A stretch of DNA of 58,956 bases, filler included. It is 4 parts of 4 records of this genome, joined end to end, with 100 filler letters (N's around TTAATTAATTAA, not from the genome) between each part and the next. Parts side by side here need not be neighbours in the genome. Positions count along the whole stretch, not along the records: positions 39,979 to 58,956 come from SRR22947727_133; 3 more parts are not named here. One strand, written 5' to 3'. The number at the start of each line of letters is the position of its first letter. The first letter of the stretch is position 1. The notes under the pieces are model-generated. The model was not told the DNA's origin and did no database searches. It saw only the letters and a program-made list of their open reading frames with translations. Made by a program: the position numbers and the translations under genes. This document shows, in pieces, positions 42,901 through 51,800 of the stretch.

Positions 42901-43565
42901 TTCAATAAGCTTGAGGCAATATCTGTTTTGTTAAACAAATTAGCAACATCTTCTTTAGTTTTGTATTTTGGATCCGCAAGAATATTATTAAATATTGAAG
43001 GAACTTGTTCTACTAGTGGGTCAAGTATCAATTCTGTAAGTTCATGCTCTAAACGATCTAAAGATTCTAACTGAAAATTACTTTGACTACCTATTAACGG
43101 GTCCATTTTTTCCGAAATAGGTTTGATGACTATTTCTATTATTTCTTTCTTAATAATTTCATTTATTTTGTCATATGCTTCATCTGGTTTGTTTTTGTGC
43201 GATATAGCAAATTCTTTAATAGTTTTAGATGAGAGAAGAACAATCTTTTCAATATCTTTATCTTTAATTTGTTTTGTTAGTTTTTTAAGTAAATCAATTG
43301 AATTATCATTTAGTTTAACTGTATGAGTTCCTTTTTTAACAGAAATATCTTGTTGAAAAGGTTCGGGTTTATTTAAAATTTTTCTAATAGACTCATTAAA
43401 GTTTTCATACTTTGATAAATTAATTCCAATCTTAAAATTCTTTTCATCTTTTAATCTGATATACCTTTTTGGGAAACGAGTAGATTTAAAACCACTCTGC
43501 AAAAAATCCATAAAATATTTACAAAGTTCTTCAGTAAATATATTTCTAGATTGCTGTGTTGACAT
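39979..43565 (-). CDS. large Upf1/Dna2-like SF1 helicase (AAA_11/AAA_12) with unrecognised N-terminal region, 3' truncated
   Basis: EGPPGTGKS, IIDEASQ, GDKKQ, KHFRG, TFDTCQGEER; long helical insert between motifs I and II. Confidence 0.85.
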
Positions 43566-43570
43566 AAAAA

Positions 43571-43675
43571 TTAATCAGATAATAGTTTATAAGCTAAAAT
43601 TGCAATTTCCAAGGCAATTACTTCGTAAGCTAAATAAGTAAGTTCAATGGCTAATAGTATTTCAAGTCCAGACAT
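43571..43675 (-). CDS. 34-aa hydrophobic micropeptide MSGLEILLAIELTYLAYEVIALEIAILAYKLLSD
   Basis: Manual translation; stops 5 nt before the helicase ATG; paralogue at 58150-58218; internal 12-aa repeat. Confidence 0.55.
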   Translation of the reverse strand: MSGLEILLAIELTYLAYEVIALEIAILAYKLLSD

Positions 43676-43681
43676 AATTTA
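43625..43681. repeat. 57-bp direct repeat, copy 1
   Basis: 53/57 identical to 58168-58224 by manual alignment. Confidence 0.9.
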
Positions 43682-43845
43682 AACCTACCAAACCTTATAT
43701 TGGGTTTCTAAATACTTAAATAATTGCTGTTTAATGAATGGAGGGTTATTAAAATTATAAAGATAATATCATTTCTGATATTTAAAAATATTTCTTTTGA
43801 ATCAAATCTCTTTACCTGCAATAATAAAAGTCTTAATTAAATATA

Positions 43846-44595
43846 ATGTCTGATAAAACAATAATCGTAGGTGAAGGTTATAACGAAGGTGATAAATATG
43901 AAGATAAAATTACTAAAATATTAATAGATAAAAAAATTCTTCCTATAGATTATGAAAGAGCTGGTGCATCAGACAAAACTGATGTCGATTTTATATTTAA
44001 TAAAAAAAATATTAATATCGAAATTAAGGCAGATGAAAATGCTGATTATGGACAAAAATATTTAAAATGGAATAAAGATAATGGTTGGACTTGGTCTAAG
44101 AATGATAACGTTATTGAAATGTATAGTAATATGAAGATTATTGAAACCTATATAGACAGTAATTTTATACCTAGAAAGTTTACTAAAGAAAAATTGCTAA
44201 TTACTAATGAAGATAAGATTTATGACCAGAAAAAATTTGAAAAACCAAATATAGAAATACCATTAAATACTTTATTTGAATATTATGCAGAAAAAAAATG
44301 CTTTTATATACAGTTACAAAATCATGGTCTTTATTACATGAGAGAGGATATTAATAATTTAGGTGTTCCACAATTTGATGGAGTTATAAGTCTTAGATTG
44401 AGAGCTAAAACAATTTATTCAACCGAAAGAAAACGAAAAAAAAATGACAGAGGTAACTTTATTACAATTAATACAGGAAAACCAACTCCTTGGAATTATA
44501 ACTTTCTTGGTGTTATTAAAATGTCAAAAAAACCAACACCTTCAAATAAAGATATTGAGGAACTTGATGGAAGAGAATTTCCTTTTAAAGTTTAA
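43846..44595 (+). CDS. putative PD-(D/E)xK restriction endonuclease
   Basis: E...KTDVDF...INIEIK catalytic-like pattern; convergent with and overlapping a C5 methyltransferase. Confidence 0.65.
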   Translation: MSDKTIIVGEGYNEGDKYEDKITKILIDKKILPIDYERAGASDKTDVDFIFNKKNINIEIKADENADYGQKYLKWNKDNGWTWSKNDNVIEMYSNMKIIETYIDSNFIPRKFTKEKLLITNEDKIYDQKKFEKPNIEIPLNTLFEYYAEKKCFYIQLQNHGLYYMREDINNLGVPQFDGVISLRLRAKTIYSTERKRKKNDRGNFITINTGKPTPWNYNFLGVIKMSKKPTPSNKDIEELDGREFPFKV

Positions 44596-45760
44596 GTTCT
44601 AGTTGTTGCTCTTGATTAGAAACGTCTTTATCATAATTAAATGCTGTACTTCTAATAAATTCTATATTTGTTTGTTTATTTTTTTTTATTTTTTTCTTTT
44701 TGTTTTTTAACATTTTTTTAACTGCATCACCTATTGCCTCAGCCATTAATGGTGGAACAGCATTTCCTATTTGAGTCCATTGGCTAGTAATTGACCCAAA
44801 GAATTCAAATTCTGCTGGAAAAGATTGAAGACTTGCAGCCTCTCTTGTCGTTAAATACCTATTTTCAGATGGATGATAATACATTCTACTTCCAGTAACT
44901 ATTGTTGGTGATGGTTTAGACCTATCAAGTCTTGCAAACTTTGCTTCTCTAAATCTTTTTTCTCCAATTTCATTCCAATCATGATTAAACCATAATTTTT
45001 TGGGTAAGAATTTCTTTTCATCTCTTTCGTATCGAATTGATTTTCCTTCAGGTACGTGGCTTATTCTTAAAAATTCAAGTTTACTCTTAATGCTTGCTGT
45101 TTCGATATTATGATTAAAAGATTTATTTTTAAAACTAATCAAATTTTTAAAAGCCCAAGAAACAGTTCTGGGTGATTGTAATTTGGAATTTATTTCACCT
45201 ACATTTGAAAATTTCTTTTGTGGATAAATATTTTCAATTTTTATTCTGTTTCCAATAAGAATTACTCTTCGTCTTATTTGTGGGGCTCCATAATGATGTG
45301 ATGATAAAACTCTAGCATTTAAATCATAACCTAGCTCCTCAAAGCAATTAAAAATTGATTGTAATGTTTTAATATTTTTTTTTGCCAATAATCCTGTTAC
45401 ATTTTCCAATACAATTATCTCTGGTTCAAGTTCTTTTACAAATCTTACAAATTCTAAAAATAAGTGATTTCTTGAGTCTTTTGCGTCACCAGGCCCTATT
45501 GTTGAAAACCCTTGGCAAGGCGGACCCCCACAAATAATGTTAACTTTTTGATTTTTAATTTTTTTTTTAAAATCTTTTATCAAAATTTTTCTAATATCAC
45601 CATCAATACCAATTGCATTTTTGTGATTTTTTTTAAATGTTTCGATTGCTGGTTTAAGAAAATCAATTCCAGCTAAACAGGTTAATCCTGCTTTTTCAAA
45701 GCCACAGGAAAGACCACCAGCACCAGAAAATAGATCAATAAATGTAAATTTTTTATTCAT
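44585..45760 (-). CDS. DNA (cytosine-5)-methyltransferase
   Basis: DLFSGAGG, GGPPCQGFS, ENV, QIRRR, REAASLQSFP, QIGNAVPP. Confidence 0.95.
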   Translation of the reverse strand: MNKKFTFIDLFSGAGGLSCGFEKAGLTCLAGIDFLKPAIETFKKNHKNAIGIDGDIRKILIKDFKKKIKNQKVNIICGGPPCQGFSTIGPGDAKDSRNHLFLEFVRFVKELEPEIIVLENVTGLLAKKNIKTLQSIFNCFEELGYDLNARVLSSHHYGAPQIRRRVILIGNRIKIENIYPQKKFSNVGEINSKLQSPRTVSWAFKNLISFKNKSFNHNIETASIKSKLEFLRISHVPEGKSIRYERDEKKFLPKKLWFNHDWNEIGEKRFREAKFARLDRSKPSPTIVTGSRMYYHPSENRYLTTREAASLQSFPAEFEFFGSITSQWTQIGNAVPPLMAEAIGDAVKKMLKNKKKKIKKNKQTNIEFIRSTAFNYDKDVSNQEQQLELKL

Positions 45761-45834
45761 AAAGAGAATCAAGCAGAGTAAATATATTAATATCTTATTA
45801 TAATAGAGACGTCTTCAATTAATCTAATAACTTG

Positions 45835-47316
45835 TTATTTTTTCATTAAGTGAATTATTCTTTCTCTAACTTCAGATATTGTTTTTTTAAACATTTTAGA
45901 GAGTGCAATCTCAGGAACATTTCTTTTATAAAGAGCAATCAATTTATTGTCATCTCTGGTTGACCAGTCACCTAATTCTTCTATTTTGATATTGTCTTCA
46001 GCTTTCTTTTTAGTCACTTTTTTAATTGTTGCTTTGTTGTTCACAAAATCTAAAACTTTTTGATCAAAAATAATATCCTTTTTATTAATTTTATTAAGTA
46101 AAAATATTCCCTCTAAACTTTTTGCTCTACTCAAAGCAACATATGTCTGTCCATGATCAAAAGCACCTGTATCTAAATCAATTGCTACTCTTTCAAAAGT
46201 TTGTCCTTGTGATTTATGAATAGTGGTTGCCCACGCAAGTTTAATTGGATATTGTATAAATGAGCCTTTGATTGAAGTATCTACTCTATTACCAGAAAAC
46301 TTATATTCATATTTATCCCACTTAGCTTTTCCTAAATAATAAGATTTATCATCAATTAATATTTTAATCTTATCTTCACTGAGCGATTGAATGACACCAA
46401 GAGTTCCATTAACCCATTTTCGTGGAACCTCGGTGTCATTTTTAGTAATCATAATTTGTGCACCAGCTTTAAGTTTTAAATTTTTCTCGACAGGAAATTC
46501 TTTTTCACTAAATCTACCTTTTACAATTGCATCGTAATTAAAAGTGGGAGTTTTAAGTTGATATAAATTGGTTAAATTAATGTCATCTACTTTTCTATTA
46601 GTGGGTGCTAAAATAATTGTCTCTTTAGGTAAATCATCAATAGCTGTTATTCTATTATTAAGAAAAGATAATTTGTCATCATCAGTGGAACCTGAACGTA
46701 TACTATTCAATAAATCAATAAATGACTTATCCTTTTGTCTAAAAATTTTAGTTAGTTCGATATTTTGAAGATTACCTTCTGAAAAACAATTAGCATTAAA
46801 AAAATATGGACCCTCAGGATAAAACTTTTCCATTATCTCTGCATCTTTTCCTATAATAGGGGGTAGTTGCATCAAATCACCAAAAACAATTATCTGAACT
46901 CCTCCAAAGGGTTCGTCGTTTCCTCTATTCATCTTTAATGAAATATCTATGGCATCAAATAAATCTGCTTTTACTAATGATATTTCATCTATAAGAATTG
47001 TATCCAGTTTGTTTAACAACTCTTTATCCTTTAATATTTTTATATCTTGTTTAGATATAAAATGAGGTGGAAATTTAAAAAAGGAGTGAAGTGTTTGGCC
47101 TTTAGCTTTTATTGCTGTAATTCCTTGGAAAGCCAATGTTACAAAGTTTTTTTTTGTATTTTGCCTAAAATATTCAAGAAGGGTTGATTTACCAGACCCA
47201 GCTTTCCCCGTTATAAATAAATTAGTGTTGGTGTTATTAATTAGATTAAAGGTATCTTTAAATTCTTTAGTTAATTCCAAATTATCTGGAAGTTCAGTAC
47301 CTGTATCTAATTTCAT
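45835..47316 (-). CDS. Pif1-family SF1B helicase with C-terminal HTH-like domain
   Basis: TGKAGSGKS, IDEIS, GDLMQLPP, IFRQ, YPIKLAWATTIHKSQGQT, GQTYVALSR. Confidence 0.9.
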   Translation of the reverse strand: MKLDTGTELPDNLELTKEFKDTFNLINNTNTNLFITGKAGSGKSTLLEYFRQNTKKNFVTLAFQGITAIKAKGQTLHSFFKFPPHFISKQDIKILKDKELLNKLDTILIDEISLVKADLFDAIDISLKMNRGNDEPFGGVQIIVFGDLMQLPPIIGKDAEIMEKFYPEGPYFFNANCFSEGNLQNIELTKIFRQKDKSFIDLLNSIRSGSTDDDKLSFLNNRITAIDDLPKETIILAPTNRKVDDINLTNLYQLKTPTFNYDAIVKGRFSEKEFPVEKNLKLKAGAQIMITKNDTEVPRKWVNGTLGVIQSLSEDKIKILIDDKSYYLGKAKWDKYEYKFSGNRVDTSIKGSFIQYPIKLAWATTIHKSQGQTFERVAIDLDTGAFDHGQTYVALSRAKSLEGIFLLNKINKKDIIFDQKVLDFVNNKATIKKVTKKKAEDNIKIEELGDWSTRDDNKLIALYKRNVPEIALSKMFKKTISEVRERIIHLMKK

Positions 47317-47849
47317 TTAATTTTATCTATTAGGTCTTGAGGTATGTTCTCAGTTTTTCCCTCAAATGTAAAATACTTTGATTTAAAGTATTCTTGCTGT
47401 CTTGGGTCGGTAATCAAATGATTTAATCTTTTAAATTGAAGTTTAAAAAATTCTTCTGCATTTATTCTTTTAAATTGTTTTGGTGAGTTCTTAGGTGTAA
47501 CACGCGTTCCTTTTGGTAATTTTGATAATGTAGATTTTAAAGACTGCTTCAACCAAAAATTACCTACTTTCCAATAAAATTGTGGATCAAACACTTCAGC
47601 TGTTTCTCTAAACTTTTTACTACGTACAACGTTTCGCACCGTTTCTGTTTTTTTTAATAGCCACCCATTTTCATGCTCATCTAATCTAGCCCACAAATAA
47701 AGCTGAAATCTTTTCATTTTCCAGCGAGCTTGAATATTATTAGGGTTATATGGGTCTGCTTTTACAATAATTTCTAAAGCTTTTTTAGGATCTATATTAT
47801 TTTCTTCAAGGTATTTTAAAACATTTTTATAATTTTGCTTAACAGCCAT
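47313..47849 (-). CDS. hypothetical basic protein
   Basis: 178-aa ORF overlapping the Pif1 start by 4 nt; no recognised motif. Confidence 0.7.
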   Translation of the reverse strand: MAVKQNYKNVLKYLEENNIDPKKALEIIVKADPYNPNNIQARWKMKRFQLYLWARLDEHENGWLLKKTETVRNVVRSKKFRETAEVFDPQFYWKVGNFWLKQSLKSTLSKLPKGTRVTPKNSPKQFKRINAEEFFKLQFKRLNHLITDPRQQEYFKSKYFTFEGKTENIPQDLIDKIK

Positions 47850-47851
47850 AA

Positions 47852-47876
47852 TTACCTGTACAAAACTGACAGGTAA
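47852..47876. promoter_or_regulatory. inverted repeat, candidate operator
   Basis: TTACCTGT-N9-ACAGGTAA with perfect 8-bp arms, 2 bp from the ATG of the 178-aa ORF. Confidence 0.5.
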
Positions 47877-47951
47877 ATGTCAATCACTGTTTAAAGTAAT
47901 TATGATAATGTGTAAAACTTTGTATAAAAAAAATAATTAATAATTTTTGCC

Positions 47952-47979
47952 TTGAAATATTATTGTTAAGGTATATGAT
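47952..47979 (+). promoter_or_regulatory. candidate sigma70 promoter
   Basis: TTGAAA-N16-TATGAT upstream of the structured segment; the AT-rich context lowers specificity. Confidence 0.4.
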
Positions 47980-47985
47980 AAATAA

Positions 47986-48253
47986 GTAGCCAATTAGAAA
48001 GTTACCTATTTGAAGGGTTACTATATATACTTTTAATTAAAAGCTTTCTTAAAGTATATTTACTAACCCTTCCGATTAATTTTGATGCGTCCCTACCTCG
48101 TAAAGAGGATCCGGTATTTCAAAATTGTCTTTCATGATTGTTTGCGTAAATAAACAAACAAAGGAACACGGGTTCAATTTTGATAAATAGAAAGCTTAAT
48201 TTTAATAAACTTCATCTTAATCTTTATGAGTCTTTGTTTCAGAAGGAAACAAA
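47986..48253 (+). ncRNA. candidate structured ncRNA or long regulatory leader (family not recognised)
   Basis: 61-nt hairpin 48012-48072; alternative stems 48078-85/48119-26 versus 48119-27/48175-83; two CGTAAA-capped hairpins; RBS hairpin 48233-48253. Strand and ends are inferred. Confidence 0.5.
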
Positions 48254-48526
48254 ATGGAAAAGAAAAAAGTTAATAAATTAGTAAATAATGAAGAGCATAC
48301 AAAGTTAATAAAACTTTTTGCTGAACATTCTCCAGAAGAAAGATCTAGACTTTTAAACGATATAGATAATATCCTTTGTGGGATGCTTGATCTAAAGCCC
48401 TCGGATCTTCCTTGGATTTCACCAAACAAACATACAGAGCGATGGTCTAAACTCATGGTAAATCTTCGTCTTGTAATTGGTAAAATTGAATATGAAAGTT
48501 TTGAAAAAGAAAGAACGGTACATTAA
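48254..48526 (+). CDS. hypothetical protein (90 aa)
   Basis: AAGGA RBS; TAATG coupling to the next ORF. Confidence 0.7.
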   Translation: MEKKKVNKLVNNEEHTKLIKLFAEHSPEERSRLLNDIDNILCGMLDLKPSDLPWISPNKHTERWSKLMVNLRLVIGKIEYESFEKERTVH

Positions 48527-48804
48527 TGAGGAATTACGTAAAAAATAAATTTAAGGACAGATTAACTTATTGTAAGGATTGGAAGAACTCTATTGATCTT
48601 TATTTAGAGAATAAAGAAATCACCAGCAAAACTAATCAAGAATTCTATAAATCTAGGCCATTTTTAAAGATAATATTAGATGTATACTATTTACCATACA
48701 ATTTATGTAAATTATGTGGATATTTGACGTTGATACATCAATATAAAAAAAATGAAACTGAGATTAAAGTTCTATCTAAGGAGTTAAACGAGAACGATAA
48801 TTAA
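48526..48804 (+). CDS. hypothetical protein (92 aa)
   Basis: Translationally coupled to the previous ORF; 18 nt upstream of the nuclease-helicase. Confidence 0.65.
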   Translation: MRNYVKNKFKDRLTYCKDWKNSIDLYLENKEITSKTNQEFYKSRPFLKIILDVYYLPYNLCKLCGYLTLIHQYKKNETEIKVLSKELNENDN

Positions 48805-48822
48805 TTTAATCAAATTAAATTT

Positions 48823-51800
48823 ATGAAAAATGATCATGACAGATTAAAGACTGCGTCAAGGTTGAAAAACTGGATTGCTTGCAACTATACAACCATAAAT
48901 GAAATCAATAAAAAAGAATTAAAGAAAAAAGAACAATCAACTACTGAATTAATTAGAAAAAAAAGAGGTGATCAATTTGAAGCAAAAATTTATCAAAAAC
49001 TAATTAAACAATTTCCAAAACATATTCAAATTAAAAAAGATGAAGATAGATTTGAAAAAACAAAAGAGGCTATAAAAAAAGGTTATGATCTAATACACAA
49101 AGCTCACTTTAAACATGAGGGTTGGGTTGGAGAAATTGATTTTCTTATTATAGATAAAAATAAAAAAACTAAAAATGGTAAGTGTCGGTATGAAGTATAT
49201 GATACCAAGTTATCATCTGTACCTCAAACAGATCATATTACTCAAATTAGCCTATATTCAGAATGGATTGCAACACAGCAAGACAATGAATTACCTGACT
49301 TCATGTATCTAATTTTAGGTATTAAAAACAAAGAAAAAAAAATTACTAAATTAAAAATTGATGAAGAGGTAAAACAATACAAAACGCTAAACTATCAATT
49401 ATATTTTCAAAAAAATAATGCAAATTATATTAAATTTTTAGAGAGTGATAAAAAAAATATAGAACCTAATAGATGTAGTTTTTGCGCTATGTGTAAATGG
49501 TCTGATGTTTGCGATAAAATATGGATAGAAAAAGATCACCTCAATCAAATTGCTAAGATTAGAAAAGATCAAATTGTTAAAATTAAAAAACATGGTGTAA
49601 AAACACTATCGGATTTTGCAAAACTTAAAAAAGCTGAAAAAATTAAAGATTTAAATTCAATAATTCTTAACAAACATCTTTCTCAAGCAGAATTATTAAT
49701 AAATTTTAAAGAAACTAAAATACCACAATTTAAAATACTTCCCTTAGAGAATGAAAGAGGATTCAATAAAATGCCCAAATCAAGTGCACATGATCTTTTT
49801 TTTGATATTGAAGGATTAGATAAAATATTAAATTCTGAAGAATCTGAGCAAGATAAACAAGCCTTGGAGTATCTATTTGGTATTTATGATCCCGATAATA
49901 AGAAAGAACCCTACAAATATTTTTGGGCACATAATCAAGATGAAGAAAAAGAAAAATTTGTTGAGCTACTAGAGTTCATTGACAAGCATTTAAAGAAATA
50001 TCCAGAGGCCCATATTTATCACTATAATCATTATGAAAAGACTGCACTAACCAAGCTTATGAGTAAGCACGATACTCATCTTGAGCAAGTTAATGATCTA
50101 CTGAGATATGGTAAACTGGTTGATCTTCACGCTGTAGTTAATCAAGGAATACAGGTTTCCGAAAGAGAATATTCGTTAAAAAACCTTGAGAAATTCTATG
50201 GATATAAAAGAAAAGGTGAAATTAAGAAAGCCAACGACAGTACAGATAAATACCTTGATTGGATTGAAACAGGTGAAGAAAGACTTTTAGATGAAATCAA
50301 ACTTTACAACCAAGAAGATTGTGAAAGTACATATTTTCTTCGAGAGTGGTTGAGTGAAATCAAACCTAAAGATTCTCTTTATGTAGTCAAAAAAGAGCCA
50401 GAAATTAGAGAAAAAAATTGGGAAAAAGAAAATGAAGAATTAAAAAAATTAATAGAAAAAAATTGCACAGATAAAGAAATAAGACAAATATTAAAAGACA
50501 TTTTAGGATTTCATAAAAGAGAAGAAATGATCTACTGGCAGAGTATTTTTAACCGTGCTGCAAATAAAAATGATGAAGATCTAATTGAAGATGCAAAATG
50601 TATAGGTTTCATGGAAAAAATTGATGAAGAAACTCAAGGAACAAATACTAAAGGAAAAGAGATTAAAACATTTACTTATAAATTTTCAAAACAAGATTTT
50701 AAAGTTAAAGAAAAAGACTCAGTAATAGATGCAACAGATGGTGATTTAAAAACTTATAATGTTGGCAAAGTAATTGGTATTGATGAAAGTAGAAAGGATG
50801 AAAATATTATACTGATATCTTCTACTAAAGATTTACCAGAAATATTATCAATAACTAAAGATGAATTTGTTAGCTCCCAAAAAATTATAGAGGCAATACA
50901 AAGATTTGTTAAATCTGCTGTTAATGGTGAAAAAAAATATAAAGCAACTTACGAAATTTTAAAAAAGAATTATCCAAAAATTAAAAACATTAAAATAGGT
51001 GATGCAATTATAAAAGAAGGAGATTTTTTAAAAGAATCTTTTGAAGCTGTAGAGAATATGGATAACAGCTACCTCTACTTTCAAGGCCCCCCAGGTGTTG
51101 GAAAAACACATACAGCAGCATATATAATTATTGAGTTAATAAAAAAATCAAAAAAAATTGGTATTACAGCTAATAGTCACAAGGTCATATTTAATTTATT
51201 AGACAAGATTGAAGAGCTATCTTCTGCAAAAGAAAACAAAAACTTTTCATTTAAAGGATTTCACAAAGGTAGTGCTAGTGATCCTGAAAAAAAATATGAT
51301 AAAGGTGAATATATACAGCACATTAGTGGTGTCAAAAAAGTATCTGGAAAATCTTTTGATAAAATGGATTTAGAATTTGAAAAAATGGATGCAGATTTGT
51401 TTTCTGGTACTGCGTGGTGTTTTTCTAGACCAGCATGTGATGAAAAATTAGATTATCTATTTATAGATGAAGCAGGACAACTTACGACAGCTGATATCCT
51501 TGCAATTTCTTTATCTGCAAAAAATATAGTAATTATTGGAGACCAAATGCAATTGAGTTCACCCATCTCTGCAGTACACCCTGGGGATTCAGGACAATCC
51601 CTTCCAGAATATCTTTTAGAAAATAATGACACAATTAGTTCAAATAAAGGTATTTTTATAGATAAAAGTAGAAGATTACACCCCAAACTTAGAGGATTTA
51701 TATCTGAGAATTTCTATGATGAGAGATTAAAAAATTTTGATTTTACAGAAAAAAGAAAGATTATATTTTCAAATAAAAAAGATTCATTACCTGAAGCTGG

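Noticed and set aside
43765-43782. Inverted repeat AATATCA-TTTC-TGATATT upstream of the REase
   Set aside because: 7-bp AT-rich arms are expected by chance at this composition, and no controller protein is present
48086-48180. tRNA-Glu-like fragments (GTCCC..., CTTTCA, AACACGGGTTCAATT) suggesting a tRNA, tmRNA or att site
   Set aside because: No T-stem complement after GGTTCAA, no acceptor stem or CCA, and spacing incompatible with a cloverleaf
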